Positions 19,778 to 29,523 of a stretch of DNA of 64,000 nt are shown piece by piece. The notes under the pieces were generated by a model that made no database searches, was not told where the DNA came from, and saw only the letters and a program-made list of their open reading frames with translations. The translations under genes and the position numbers were made by a program. The DNA is taken from positions 384,001 to 448,000 of the forward strand of contig OY729431.1 in the NCBI GenBank assembly GCA_963422395.1, given 5' to 3'. Positions within the stretch are counted from its first letter, which is position 1; every line of letters begins with the position of its first letter. The DNA is from Vicinamibacteria bacterium. GTDB taxonomy: Bacteria > Acidobacteriota > Vicinamibacteria > Marinacidobacterales > Marinacidobacteraceae.

Positions 19778-21349
19778 TCAGGGTTCGGGCGGAGCTGGTA
19801 ACTCGGGCGGAGCCGGTAACTCGGGCGGAGCCGGTAACTCAGGCGGAGCCGGGGGCAGAACCGGCTCTCGCGCGGCGATGAACCGGCGGGCGATCTCCTC
19901 CCACCCTGCGGCGGTCAGGAGCAGCGTCCGCTCGTCGTCGGTTCGGAGGGCCTGCGCTTCACCGTTCGCCAAGACGGTGAAGCGTACCGATTCCGGCCCG
20001 GTTTCCGCCGGCTCCTCGAAGCCTTCGCTTTCTTCTTCGCGAACGGTGATGGTCCAGCGGGCGCCTTCCGCCGGGAGGTCTGCCCCGCCGAGGCTCTCTG
20101 CGTCCGTCGAGTTCAGTTCGTAGAGCAGGTCCTCGACGGCACCCGCATCCGTGGCGGTCGGGTCGGCTCCGTCCAGCGCGAGGGTCCACTCTCGGCCCTC
20201 TTCCCCCTCGCGGCGCCGGAACACCGCCTCACCTTCCGGGGCGAGGACCCGCAACTCGACGGCGCGGAAAGCGGCGAACCGGAAGAGGCGAAGCGACCGG
20301 ACGCCCGCCAGACCGTCCGCCGCACTCCCGAGCAGCTCTTCGAAGAGAGATGCCGGGAGGACGAAGATCTGGGGATCCGATTCCAGCCGGGCGAAGACGC
20401 CCGGGGGCGTCCGGCTCTCGCTCCCGAAATGGAGGGTACGCGAAACGGCGGTCTCTTCAGGTCCGGCGAGATCGAATTCGGCAGTGAGGCGGGGTGCGGT
20501 GAGCCCGAATCGGTCGAGCGTCTCGCCTTCCCCGGGGGGCTCCCCCGGCCCCGGAACGAGGCTCGTCATCGCCGCGTCGAGGAGGCGGCCCGCGAGTCGA
20601 GACGCCTCGTAAGGATCGGCCGCGAACCGGAAGGGGCGGAGGATCCGCCAGACGCCGGCCTCGCGCACGAGTTCCACCGTTTCTTCCTCGGCGGTCAGGC
20701 GGAGCCGGCGGGACGACGCCGACTCGATCCGGAAGACCCGTTTGTCCCGCAGCTCCCAGGCGCTCTTGTCGAAGTTGTCCCGCGCGAAGGCGGGAACGAC
20801 GAGCACCGAGTCTCCGAACTGGAGGTAACGGTTGCCCGGCGCCGGAGTCTCGCTGCCGAAGCCGACCGTTTCAGCGCCGCTCGGAGTGACGATGCGCAGG
20901 GAGAGGCCGGGCGGCGCGAGGCCGAAAGCGGGGAGGTCGGCTTCGGGCACATCGGGGATTTCACGCTCGAAGCGAAGCGAAGTCAGGTTCTGGAGGAGCA
21001 GGTCCACCTCGGCGGAGTCCGCGGGGACGCTGTCGCTTGCCTGCCTCCGGGTTTCCGACAGCGGGGATCGGCCGATCGGGAGTTCGTCGTCGGGGGTTTC
21101 TTCCAAGGCGAGTTCTCCCGAGAGGAGTTCGCTGACGAGGAAGCCGCCCTCGGCTTTGCGGGCGAGGCGCACCCCGGCTTCGCCCGAAGGTCCTTCGGGC
21201 CGTCCGATCTCGATGACGAGAACTTCCGCCAGGTCCACCTCGAAGACCGCTTCGTCTCCGGCGGATTCCGGCTCGCCCCTTTCGAAGAGAGCGATCCAGC
21301 CGGCGACCGCCAGCGCGGTGAGGAGCGCGAGGATCGTGGTCCGCCGCAT
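19778..21349 (-). CDS. DUF4340 domain-containing protein
   Basis: N-terminal anchor, repeated FGL.PP/AP.L motifs, ELRDKRVF; last gene of a GldA/F/G-like cluster. Confidence 0.75.
   Translation of the reverse strand: MRRTTILALLTALAVAGWIALFERGEPESAGDEAVFEVDLAEVLVIEIGRPEGPSGEAGVRLARKAEGGFLVSELLSGELALEETPDDELPIGRSPLSETRRQASDSVPADSAEVDLLLQNLTSLRFEREIPDVPEADLPAFGLAPPGLSLRIVTPSGAETVGFGSETPAPGNRYLQFGDSVLVVPAFARDNFDKSAWELRDKRVFRIESASSRRLRLTAEEETVELVREAGVWRILRPFRFAADPYEASRLAGRLLDAAMTSLVPGPGEPPGEGETLDRFGLTAPRLTAEFDLAGPEETAVSRTLHFGSESRTPPGVFARLESDPQIFVLPASLFEELLGSAADGLAGVRSLRLFRFAAFRAVELRVLAPEGEAVFRRREGEEGREWTLALDGADPTATDAGAVEDLLYELNSTDAESLGGADLPAEGARWTITVREEESEGFEEPAETGPESVRFTVLANGEAQALRTDDERTLLLTAAGWEEIARRFIAAREPVLPPAPPELPAPPELPAPPELPAPPEP
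19785..19852. repeat. 18-bp tandem repeat, about 3.8 copies (TCGGGCGGAGCCGGTAAC), encoding PAPPEL repeats
   Basis: Units start at 19785, 19803, 19821, 19839. Confidence 0.9.
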
Positions 21350-21380
21350 CTTGCGCGCTTCCCTCGCTCTTCCGGCCGTC

Positions 21381-22856
21381 TCAGCGGCGCGACCACCACA
21401 CCGCGATCCCCCAAACGAGGAAGAATCCCGGCAGAAAGACCAGACTGAACAGCACGGTGTTCCGTACTTGCGCCGCAGTCATCGTGATCCTCCGGTCCTC
21501 GGCGCGGCGGGGGCGGATCGCGATCAGATCCTCGTCCTCGGTGAGCCAGTGCACCATGTTGAGAAACAGGTCGGCGTTACCGAGCGGCGCGAGCGCCAGG
21601 TCGTTGCCGATGAAGTCGGAATCCCCGACGATCACCAGGCGGCCTTCGGGCGGGGCGGGCGCTTCCTCGTCGGCAGTGGATCCTTCGCTGCCGCTTCCGC
21701 TCTCGACCTGCACTGCGGCGGCGAGGGTGAGCGGGCCCGCGCGGTCTTCGTCCCCAGGGCTCAGCTCCCCGCTCTCGAGCTCCTCCGCGCTCCGCTCTCC
21801 CCAGCTCGCGTCGGAGGTCATCACCAGCTCGGAGATGCGCACCCCTTCCGGCCGGTCGTCTGGTTCGGCGGGGACGAGGCTCTGGGCCAGCGAAAAGACC
21901 GACCCCGTGTTCTGGAAGCCGCGGGTGATCGGATGGAACCCGTAGGCGGAGGCGAGCGGAGTCGCCACTCCATAGCCGAAGAGCTGGCCGACGCCGCTCG
22001 CGTCGATGACCACATCCCCGGCGGGGGGCACCCCGAACTCTCCGGCGAGATCGAGAAGCCGCGTCCTCGGGTCCGGTGAACCCAGCGGCTGCGGTGGGTC
22101 GAAGAGCAGCATCAACTCGCCTCCGCTGCGGACATGCGCCCGGAGCGCCTCTGCCTCAGCTTCGAGCAGGTCGAGCCGGGGGTTCGCCAGGACCACCGCG
22201 GCGGCGTCCTCCGGGACCGCTACCGCACCGTCCGCCACGGTTTCCAGCAGCCCGAGCTCGGCGACCTCGTAGTTCGATTCCTCGAGGCGCGACCGGATCG
22301 CCGAGAGCCCGCCGGCGCCGGTTTCGTCGAGCGAGAGTTCCTGGTGACCTGTCGTGAAATAGACCTTCTTCGTCTCGCCCTTCAGCAAGGTCACGATGGC
22401 GTTCGTGATGTCCTGTTCCTGCGGTGCAGCGACCCGTTCCTGCCGGTCTCCGGACTGGACGACCACCGTCCCGAAGGGGATTCGGGCCTCGGTGGCGGTC
22501 TGGTAGGCGCTCGCCCGGGCGGGCTCCGCCTCTTGGTCGATGACCTCCCAGGCGATGCGAGCGGAGTGGTCGGCGTAACGCTCGAAGAGCTCGATGGTAC
22601 GCCCCGCGGCCCGCGGCTGGTCGAGCACCACGAGCCGCACTTCCCGGTCGAGGTCTTCGAGGATGCGGATCGTCTGCGGGGCGAGGCTGAAGAGGCCGCC
22701 GCTCGTCAGGTCCCAAGAGAGGTTCCGCCGGTTCGCCACATGGTTGACTCCGGCGGCGGCGGCGAGCAGCAGCAGTGCGGTGAGCCCCACCTGGGCACCC
22801 TCCCGCGCGCTCCTTCGGGAGAGCCCGGCGCGGAGCCGGTGGAGCTGTGCTCTCAA
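21381..22856 (-). CDS. GldG-like ABC-type uncharacterised transport auxiliary protein
   Basis: WDLT.GGLFSLAPQT, EQDITNAI, KVYFTTGHQE, GRLVIVGDSDF, NADLFLN.VHWL; TTGA overlap with upstream gene. Confidence 0.85.
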   Translation of the reverse strand: MRAQLHRLRAGLSRRSAREGAQVGLTALLLLAAAAGVNHVANRRNLSWDLTSGGLFSLAPQTIRILEDLDREVRLVVLDQPRAAGRTIELFERYADHSARIAWEVIDQEAEPARASAYQTATEARIPFGTVVVQSGDRQERVAAPQEQDITNAIVTLLKGETKKVYFTTGHQELSLDETGAGGLSAIRSRLEESNYEVAELGLLETVADGAVAVPEDAAAVVLANPRLDLLEAEAEALRAHVRSGGELMLLFDPPQPLGSPDPRTRLLDLAGEFGVPPAGDVVIDASGVGQLFGYGVATPLASAYGFHPITRGFQNTGSVFSLAQSLVPAEPDDRPEGVRISELVMTSDASWGERSAEELESGELSPGDEDRAGPLTLAAAVQVESGSGSEGSTADEEAPAPPEGRLVIVGDSDFIGNDLALAPLGNADLFLNMVHWLTEDEDLIAIRPRRAEDRRITMTAAQVRNTVLFSLVFLPGFFLVWGIAVWWSRR

Positions 22857-23623
22857 CCGCGCCACCGGCGCGAGCGCAGCGACTCGCGGGTCAGGAACAG
22901 CCAGAACCCGGCGAAGGACAGATAGAACACCAGATCACGGATGGTGATGACCCCGCGGGCGAAGTCCTCGAGGTGGCCGGTGACCGAGAGGTAAGCGAGC
23001 AGCCGGCCGCCAGCCCCGCCGCGCTGCCCGGCGAACTCGAGCAGCCAGAGCACGAGCAGCGCTCCGAAGGTGAGGAGTCCAGCCACGATCTGGTTGCGGG
23101 TCAGGCTGGAGAAGAAGAGGCCGAGGGCGAGGAGGGCGGCGCCGAGGAGGGCGAGGCCGAGATAGGCGGCGAGGATCGGGGCGACCTCCGGCTGCGAGTA
23201 CCAGAAGAGCACCGCGAGGTGGAGGAGGGTCATGGCGAGCATCACGCCGTAGAGCGCGAACGCGGCGAGGAACTTTCCGAACACGATCTGACCGTCGGTC
23301 ACCGGGGCGGTGAGCAGCAGTTCGATGGTCCCCGAGCGGATCTCCTCGGACACCGTGCGCATCGAGAGCAGCGGCATCAGGAACAGCACCAGGATCGCGG
23401 CGCTCGCCATCAGCCAGCGGATCAGATCGCTGTTCACATCGAGGGTGCCGCCGCTGCCTCCCCCCATCCGGCTCATCCGCATCCCGGCCTCGACGAAGCT
23501 TTGGAGATAGTCGGCGAAGAAGTAGCCGAAAAGGAACGCGAAGGCGCCGAAGAGCACATAGGCGACCGGGGAGGCGAGGGCCGCCGCGATTTCCCGGCGG
23601 GCGATGGTGAGTGCGTTCCTCAC
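22853..23623 (-). CDS. ABC transporter permease (GldF-like)
   Basis: IARRE..SPVAY, PLLSMR.VSEE.RSGTIELLLTAPV, SSLTRNQIVA. Confidence 0.88.
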   Translation of the reverse strand: MRNALTIARREIAAALASPVAYVLFGAFAFLFGYFFADYLQSFVEAGMRMSRMGGGSGGTLDVNSDLIRWLMASAAILVLFLMPLLSMRTVSEEIRSGTIELLLTAPVTDGQIVFGKFLAAFALYGVMLAMTLLHLAVLFWYSQPEVAPILAAYLGLALLGAALLALGLFFSSLTRNQIVAGLLTFGALLVLWLLEFAGQRGGAGGRLLAYLSVTGHLEDFARGVITIRDLVFYLSFAGFWLFLTRESLRSRRWRG

Positions 23624-24720
23624 GAGGCCGTCTCCGCCGGTTCCCGCGCTTTGCCGGTTTCTTCGCCGTTCCCGATCCTGGCTTCGCCGCCGTCTGCGGC
23701 GCGGGTCTCCCCGTCGCTGGTCTCGCCGGCCTCGTCGGTCGTCAGCGCCAGGTACACCTCTTCGAGGCTCGCCCCGCCGCGGCGGAGCCCGTAGAGCGGG
23801 CAGCCGGCGTCGAGCAGCGCCCTCGCCAGCTCGGTCCGCCGGTCCCCCCGGAGGCCGGTTCGCAGATCGGGGGCCTCGATCTCGACCTGCAGGATGCGGG
23901 CCCCCTCAGCCGCCTCCGGACCGACGACCTCCACGGAGGCCACCCCCGGCAGCGCCCGAAGCGCCGCCCGGGCCCGGTCCGGAGAGCCTGCCGGAGTGCC
24001 CTCGGTCTCGATCTCGATGAATTCACGGCTGCGCCCCGCTGCGCCCAGCCGAGCGACCAACCGTTCCGGGGTGTCCTCGGCGCGGAGGCGTCCCTCGCTG
24101 ATGATGACCACCCGGTCGCAGGTGACCGAGACCTCGGGGAGGATGTGGGTCGAAAGCACCACCGTCCGCTCCCCGGCGAGTTCGCGGATCAGACAGCGCG
24201 TCTCGTGGATCTGCTTCGGGTCGAGTCCTGCTGTCGGCTCGTCGAGGACCAGCACTTCGGGATCGTGGACGAGCGCCTGCGCGAGCCCCACCCGTTGGCG
24301 GTACCCCCGGCTCAACTTCCCGATGATCGTTCTCCGGACATCTCCGAGCGCGCAGCGGGCGACGGCACGGTCCACAGCTCCCGGAACCCGGCTTCCGGGG
24401 ACGCCCCGGAGCCGCGCGGCGAACCCGAGGAAGCCGGAGACCTCCATCTCCGGGTAGAGCGGCGGGGTCTCGGGCAGGTACCCGATCTTGCGCCGGGCGG
24501 CGAGCGGCGCTTCGGAGATGTCCAGACCGGTGATCAGCACCCGGCCCTCGCTCGGCGGCATGAAGCCGGTGATGATCCGCATGGTGGTCGTCTTGCCGGC
24601 GCCGTTCGGACCGAGGAAACCCAGGACCTCGCCCTTCTCGACCGCGAAATGCAGCCCGCTGACCGCGAGCGCCGGCCCGTACCGCTTGGAAACGCGGTCC
24701 ACCAGGATGACGGGTTCCAC
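23620..24720 (-). CDS. ABC transporter ATP-binding protein (GldA-like)
   Basis: GFLGPNGAGKTTTMR, LSRGYRQRVGLAQAL, LDEPTAGLDP, STHILPEV; GTG start inferred. Confidence 0.92.
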   Translation of the reverse strand: MEPVILVDRVSKRYGPALAVSGLHFAVEKGEVLGFLGPNGAGKTTTMRIITGFMPPSEGRVLITGLDISEAPLAARRKIGYLPETPPLYPEMEVSGFLGFAARLRGVPGSRVPGAVDRAVARCALGDVRRTIIGKLSRGYRQRVGLAQALVHDPEVLVLDEPTAGLDPKQIHETRCLIRELAGERTVVLSTHILPEVSVTCDRVVIISEGRLRAEDTPERLVARLGAAGRSREFIEIETEGTPAGSPDRARAALRALPGVASVEVVGPEAAEGARILQVEIEAPDLRTGLRGDRRTELARALLDAGCPLYGLRRGGASLEEVYLALTTDEAGETSDGETRAADGGEARIGNGEETGKAREPAETAS

Positions 24721-24857
24721 GGGTGCTTTCAGGCGGTGGTATCGGTGTCGAGTGCGAATCCGGTGGAGAGTTCGGCTGGAATCCTGCAGGCGGCCAGAAG
24801 GAGGCGGAGGGCCGGGCAGTCTATACTGGCGCGAAGGCTGTTCGACCCGAGGCTCCC

Positions 24858-25508
24858 ATGCGTTTTCGCCGTTCGATGCTCTTTCCTTCCTGGCGCTCCG
24901 CCGCGCCTTTCGCCGGGCTCGGATTGGCATTCGCCGGTCTGGCGGCCGGGGTCGGCCTTTCCGCCTGTACCGACGCTGGTGCGGGCGAGATCGCGCGGGG
25001 CATGGAAATGACCGATCTCGTCGCCTACTGGGGGGTTCGGGGCCAGGATGCCGAGGGCAACAACTACATCCGCCCCGCGGTCCGCTTTCGGCTGACGAAC
25101 CGAAATTCCGAACCGGTCCAGTATGTCCAGGTGATGTCGGTCTTCCGGCGGGAATCGGCGCCCGAGGAAGCGTGGGGTACTGGGTACCTCCACTCGGTCT
25201 CCGAAGCGGCGCTCGCGCCCGGCGAGGCGACCGCCGAGCACACGCTGCGGGCCGATTCCAACTACCTCTCGAAGGGCTCGCCGCAGCGGATGTTCGACAA
25301 CGCGCTCTGGGAGGATGTAGAGGTGGAGATGTTCGTGCGGGTTGGCGCTTCGACCTGGGTGTCCCAGGGCAAGACGGTCGCCCTGCGCCGGCTCGGCCCC
25401 CCGGGCGTCGAGAAGTACCTGGAACCGATCGACGAAGAACCCATCTACGGGCACCGCCCCTCGAAGGCAGACCCGGAAGGCTCCCCGGAGTCAGATTCTC
25501 GAAAGTGA
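24858..25508 (+). CDS. Hypothetical lipoprotein
   Basis: Hydrophobic leader ending GLSAC; normal-complexity downstream sequence; no family recognised; start uncertain. Confidence 0.6.
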   Translation: MRFRRSMLFPSWRSAAPFAGLGLAFAGLAAGVGLSACTDAGAGEIARGMEMTDLVAYWGVRGQDAEGNNYIRPAVRFRLTNRNSEPVQYVQVMSVFRRESAPEEAWGTGYLHSVSEAALAPGEATAEHTLRADSNYLSKGSPQRMFDNALWEDVEVEMFVRVGASTWVSQGKTVALRRLGPPGVEKYLEPIDEEPIYGHRPSKADPEGSPESDSRK

Positions 25509-25520
25509 CATATTTTGTCA
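25506..25520. promoter_or_regulatory. AT-rich palindrome TGACA-N5-TGTCA, possible operator
   Basis: Perfect 5-bp inverted repeat about 60 nt upstream of the 25580 operon. Confidence 0.35.
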
Positions 25521-25579
25521 TGTTTTGCAGGCATACTTCCCCCGCCATGAGCAGGAACTAGGGATCCGGTTCGAGTCGG

Positions 25580-25948
25580 ATGTCGAAGTGGTTGGTGCCC
25601 CTCTTGGCGTGGCTCGGCGCCGTGGTGGTGGCTGGCGCCGTGGTGCTCGTGTGGACCCATGTGGTCTTTTCCTCGGCATCGAGAATCGGAGGCGAACAGG
25701 CGACCGTCATCAGCGCGGTGTCGCTTCAGGTTGCGCTGTTGGCGGTGTTCTTCCTGGTCGTGACCTTCGGCCTCGCTACGCTTGGTTTCCTGGGTTATCG
25801 GCAGATCGAAGGTCGCGCCGTCGAAGAAGCGAAGAGGGAGGCAAAGCTTGTTGCGGAAAAAGTGGTGTTTAGCGAGCGCCTGCCGATCGAGGGGCAGCCC
25901 CAAAAGGAGAAGGAGACGGAGAATCGCGAAGAGGAGGGCGAAGCATGA
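25580..25948 (+). CDS. Hypothetical two-TM membrane protein with charged C-terminal tail
   Basis: Two hydrophobic stretches then GYRQIE..AVEEAKREAK; ATGA overlap with next gene. Confidence 0.65.
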   Translation: MSKWLVPLLAWLGAVVVAGAVVLVWTHVVFSSASRIGGEQATVISAVSLQVALLAVFFLVVTFGLATLGFLGYRQIEGRAVEEAKREAKLVAEKVVFSERLPIEGQPQKEKETENREEEGEA

Positions 25949-26448
25949 CGAAAAGCCAATGCCATGAGGTCATTCGCGGGCATCAGAATGATCCTCCGGT
26001 ACAAATGATTCCGATCGCCGAAGAGTTGGGGATCAGTGTCTTCCGGGTCAAGGGCTGGCCGGACGAAGTATCCGGTCAGATCATCCGGGATCCGAAGGAC
26101 GGCGGGTCCAGAGGGTATGCGATCAATACGAATGCCGGCCACGCTGTGACTCGGCGCCGTTTCACCATCGCCCACGAAATCGCTCACTTCGTCCTCCATC
26201 GTCACCTCATCGGCGACGGGATCCAGGACGATGCTCTCTATCGCAGCGGCATCGGGAGTCCGCTCGAAGCGGAAGCGAACCGGCTCGCCGCGGACATCCT
26301 CATGCCGTGGCATCTCGTTCGCGGTGCAATCCGGGGCGGCTCCGAATCGGTGGAGACGCTCGCCCGCCGGTTCCATGTCTCCCGCAGCGCCATGTCCATC
26401 CGCCTCGGCGTTCCCTGGGAGGGGATCGAGACTCGAGTGGACGAGTGA
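25945..26448 (+). CDS. ImmA/IrrE family metallo-endopeptidase (DUF955)
   Basis: RRRFTIAHEIAHFVLH, EAEANRLAADILMP, LARRFHVSRSAMSIRL. Confidence 0.88.
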   Translation: MTKSQCHEVIRGHQNDPPVQMIPIAEELGISVFRVKGWPDEVSGQIIRDPKDGGSRGYAINTNAGHAVTRRRFTIAHEIAHFVLHRHLIGDGIQDDALYRSGIGSPLEAEANRLAADILMPWHLVRGAIRGGSESVETLARRFHVSRSAMSIRLGVPWEGIETRVDE

Positions 26449-26557
26449 TCCTGTCGGAAGGGGCGATTCGAAGGGATTGCCGTCCGTGGACAGTGCCGAC
26501 CGAAACTGCGAGAATTTCGTGTGCGCCCCGGCAAGCTGCCCGCCGGCTGGCAGCGGA

Positions 26558-27763
26558 TCAACGGAGCGCCGATCCTCCGATCTGCTGACGCCGCCCAGTC
26601 TTCTCCCCGAACCGGTGGCGGTGGTCCTCCTGGGCGAACCGGTCGGTCATCCCGGCGATGTAGTCGCAGACCACCCGCTCCGCTGAAGACGCCTCCGGAG
26701 AGGTGCCGATCCGGCACCGGAAGTGCTCCGGCAGATCGCCGCGGGTTTCGAGGTAGTGGCGGAAGAGATCGGGGAGCAGGCAGGTTCCGGCCCGGGTCGC
26801 CTGGACGACGCGGGGGTGCCGGTAGAGCCGTTTCCCCAGAACATCCTTCAACTCGATGAGCTCGCGTTCGCCGGTGGAGGGCAGTGCCACGAGCGGGTCC
26901 GCCCGCCGAAGCGGCGCCTCGGGCCCGCCCGCTCCCGGCGCCTCGACTCCCGAACTCCGGATCCGGAGTTCGGTTTCGCCGATGAGCTGGACCACCAGGT
27001 CGGAGATCACCCCGCGCAGGAGCTGGCGCACCCGAACCCGCCGATCGGTCTGCGGAAGGCTGCCGGCAGCTGGCCAGTGCCGACGGAAGAGCGCGGCTTC
27101 TTCGAGGTCGGCAACCGCGATCAGACCCGACGCGAGCCCGTCTTCCAGGTCGTGGGCGCTGTAGGCGATCTCGTCGGCGAGGTCGGCCAGCTGCGCTTCG
27201 AGGGGCGGCGAAGCGAGTCCGGCGAGATCCTCCGGGACGAAGCCGGCCCGGCTCGAGTGCGCGAACACGCCGTGGCGGGTCTCCCGGGTCAGGTTCAGCC
27301 CCGGGAAGTCCGGATAGGCGCGTTCGAGGCGGTCCACGATCCGGTAGGACTGGATGTTGTGTTCGAAACCGCCGTGGTCCTGCATCAGGTCGTCGAGGAC
27401 CTTCTCGCCGGCGTGCCCGAAAGGGGTGTGTCCGAGGTCGTGCGCCAGCGCGACGGCTTCCGTCAGGTCCTCGTTCAGCCGCAGCGCCCGTGCGGCAGTG
27501 CGGGCGATCTGGGCGACTTCGAGGGTGTGGGTGAGCCGGGTCCGGTAATGGTCCCCCTCGTGGTTGATGAAGACCTGGGTCTTGTACTGGAGCCGCCGGA
27601 AGGCGCTCGAATGGATGATCCGGTCCCGGTCCCGCTGGTAGGCGGTGCGCTGCGGCTGCGCCGGCTCGGGGCAGAGCCGTCCTGCAGAACAGGCGCTCCG
27701 CTGTGCGGCAGGTCGAAGCCGCGCCGCTTCCTCGGCCTCGAAGAACTCCCGTGCCCGAGGCAT
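26558..27763 (-). CDS. dgt: Deoxyguanosinetriphosphate triphosphohydrolase
   Basis: RDRDRIIHSSAFRRLQYKTQVF, RTRLTHTLEV, HDLGHTPFGHAGE, DYIAGMTDRFA. Confidence 0.93.
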   Translation of the reverse strand: MPRAREFFEAEEAARLRPAAQRSACSAGRLCPEPAQPQRTAYQRDRDRIIHSSAFRRLQYKTQVFINHEGDHYRTRLTHTLEVAQIARTAARALRLNEDLTEAVALAHDLGHTPFGHAGEKVLDDLMQDHGGFEHNIQSYRIVDRLERAYPDFPGLNLTRETRHGVFAHSSRAGFVPEDLAGLASPPLEAQLADLADEIAYSAHDLEDGLASGLIAVADLEEAALFRRHWPAAGSLPQTDRRVRVRQLLRGVISDLVVQLIGETELRIRSSGVEAPGAGGPEAPLRRADPLVALPSTGERELIELKDVLGKRLYRHPRVVQATRAGTCLLPDLFRHYLETRGDLPEHFRCRIGTSPEASSAERVVCDYIAGMTDRFAQEDHRHRFGEKTGRRQQIGGSALR

Positions 27764-27820
27764 GTCGTCAGAGCTCCGCCGTTCGTTCGGAACTCACGGA
27801 GAGGCGTGCGAAAGGAAGAG

Positions 27821-28732
27821 TTAGCCGGGCGCGTAGTAGCCCAGCTTGGTGCGGACCCGGAGGTCCGGACGGTTCGTCTGCACCACGATGCGCCGCCAGG
27901 CGCCGTCCTGTCTCGGGTTGTTCGAGATGTAGCCGATGTTGTACTGGCTCTTCAGTTCCTCGGCGATCCGGTCGTACACCGATTCCAGTTCGGCGAGTTC
28001 CGTCGGAAAGAACCACTGCCCGCCGGTCTCTTCGGCGAGGTTCTTGAGCACATGCTCTGCTTCGGAGAAGCGCCGGCCGCGGCGGCGGGTAGTGTTCTGG
28101 AGCGAGATGGAATAGACCACCACATCGGTGTCCTTGGTGAGATCGAGTACCTGTTCGAAGGTCACGAGCGAGCTGGTATCCCGGCCGTCGGACAGCAGGA
28201 TGATCGCCTGCCGCCGCGCCTCCATCCGTTGCCGCTCGAGGGAGCGCAGCGAGATGTACATCGCGTTGTGGAGCTTCGTGGTGCCGCCCGCCTGGGTCCT
28301 CCGGATCGCCCGTTCGAGCTCCGAAGGGTCGTTCGTGAACTGCTGGAGGATGTTCGCGTGGCTGCCGAACTCGACCACCTGCGCCACATCCTCCACCCGC
28401 AGGGTCTTCGTGAAGCGGACCGCCGCCTCCTGGGCGAAGTGCATCTTGTCCACCATGCTGGCCGAGGTGTCGAGCAGCAGCACCATGCGGATGGGCAGGT
28501 CCTCTCGCGAGAAGGCCTCGATCTGCTGGAGGATGCCGTCTTCGTATACCGAGAAGTCCGGTTCGAGCAGATCGGTGACGAAGCGGTCGCGCCCATCGGT
28601 GACCGTGACATTCAGCGAGATCAGGTCCACGGTGACCCGAAACTGATAGGCCTGCTGGAGCAGCGAGCCTGCCGCTGCGGTGAGTCCGCCGGCGGCGAGG
28701 CCGGCGAAGAGAAACACTGCACCGGTCCGCAT
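27821..28732 (-). CDS. VWA domain protein (acidobacterial VWFA-related type)
   Basis: LNVTVTD..FVTDL..DF.VYEDG, LLLDTSASM MIDAS, LSDGRD, LAEETGG, QYNIGY, VRTKLGYYAP; start uncertain. Confidence 0.85.
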   Translation of the reverse strand: MRTGAVFLFAGLAAGGLTAAAGSLLQQAYQFRVTVDLISLNVTVTDGRDRFVTDLLEPDFSVYEDGILQQIEAFSREDLPIRMVLLLDTSASMVDKMHFAQEAAVRFTKTLRVEDVAQVVEFGSHANILQQFTNDPSELERAIRRTQAGGTTKLHNAMYISLRSLERQRMEARRQAIILLSDGRDTSSLVTFEQVLDLTKDTDVVVYSISLQNTTRRRGRRFSEAEHVLKNLAEETGGQWFFPTELAELESVYDRIAEELKSQYNIGYISNNPRQDGAWRRIVVQTNRPDLRVRTKLGYYAPG

Positions 28733-28805
28733 CACCCGCCGCGAGCCCCCGGGGACTCGACCGGAGGGGCGGGATTCCATAGGCGACTCGCTATTCTGAC
28801 GCATA

Positions 28806-29357
28806 TTGTCCGGCCCTGAATCCGCTGCTTCCGAGCCATCCGCCGAACCGAACACTGCCGCAGTGCTGACCGCGAGCGATGGCTGCGCTGCAGGCGTCGT
28901 CCCTGACCGCTCGGGCGCCCTCGCCCGCGAAATCCTCGAGGAGATGGGTTTCCGGGTGGTGGATTCGGAGATCGTGCCGGATGAAGTGGAGGCTGTTCGG
29001 GAGCGGGTCCGGGATTGGTCCCGGCGCGGAATTCGGTTGGTGGTGACCACCGGAGGGACCGGCCTCGGCCCCCGCGACCGGACTCCGGAGGCGGTGCGGC
29101 CGCTGCTGGATCGGGAGATTCCGGGCTACGGGGAGCTGCTCCGCAGCGAAGGGCTCCGGGAGACCCGGATGGCAGTGCTCGCCCGGAGCCTCGCTGGCTC
29201 CATCGGGAGCACGCTGGTGATCGTGCTGCCGGGCAGTCCGCGGGCTGTCGAGAGCGGCCTTCGGACCCTCGCCCCCACGATCCCGCACGCACTGGCACTT
29301 CTCGCCGGGGACACCGCACACGGTGGTCGGTCCGAGCGGTCCGGGAGCGGGGCGTGA
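28806..29357 (+). CDS. MogA/MoaB family molybdenum cofactor biosynthesis protein
   Basis: LTASD..DRSG, IVPDE, TTGGTGLGPRDRTPEA, LPGSPRAV. Confidence 0.9.
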   Translation: MSGPESAASEPSAEPNTAAVLTASDGCAAGVVPDRSGALAREILEEMGFRVVDSEIVPDEVEAVRERVRDWSRRGIRLVVTTGGTGLGPRDRTPEAVRPLLDREIPGYGELLRSEGLRETRMAVLARSLAGSIGSTLVIVLPGSPRAVESGLRTLAPTIPHALALLAGDTAHGGRSERSGSGA

Positions 29358-29360
29358 GGT

Positions 29361-29523
29361 CGGGGTTGTGTTTTGCACCCTCGTGGGATGAACGGGGACG
29401 CCCCGCTTCCGGACCGCCCGGCGCTCCGCGCCGGGAATCCGAATTGCTGCCGGCGGCAGCGAGTTCGGATTCTGAGTCACGAGTTCGTTAAGGGGGGTGG
29501 GCCCCCTTTCACACATACCCCCG
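29361..29523 (+). ncRNA. Candidate structured RNA of unknown family
   Basis: Ends pair (29361-29371 with 29511-29523), CTCGTG/CACGAG inner stem, four local hairpins; G-U pairs favour + strand; no known family signature recognised. Confidence 0.35.

Noticed and set aside
26558-27763. dGTPase as an anti-phage nucleotide-depletion system
   Set aside because: Looks like the ordinary ~400 aa housekeeping Dgt, in line with the VWA gene and of host-like composition
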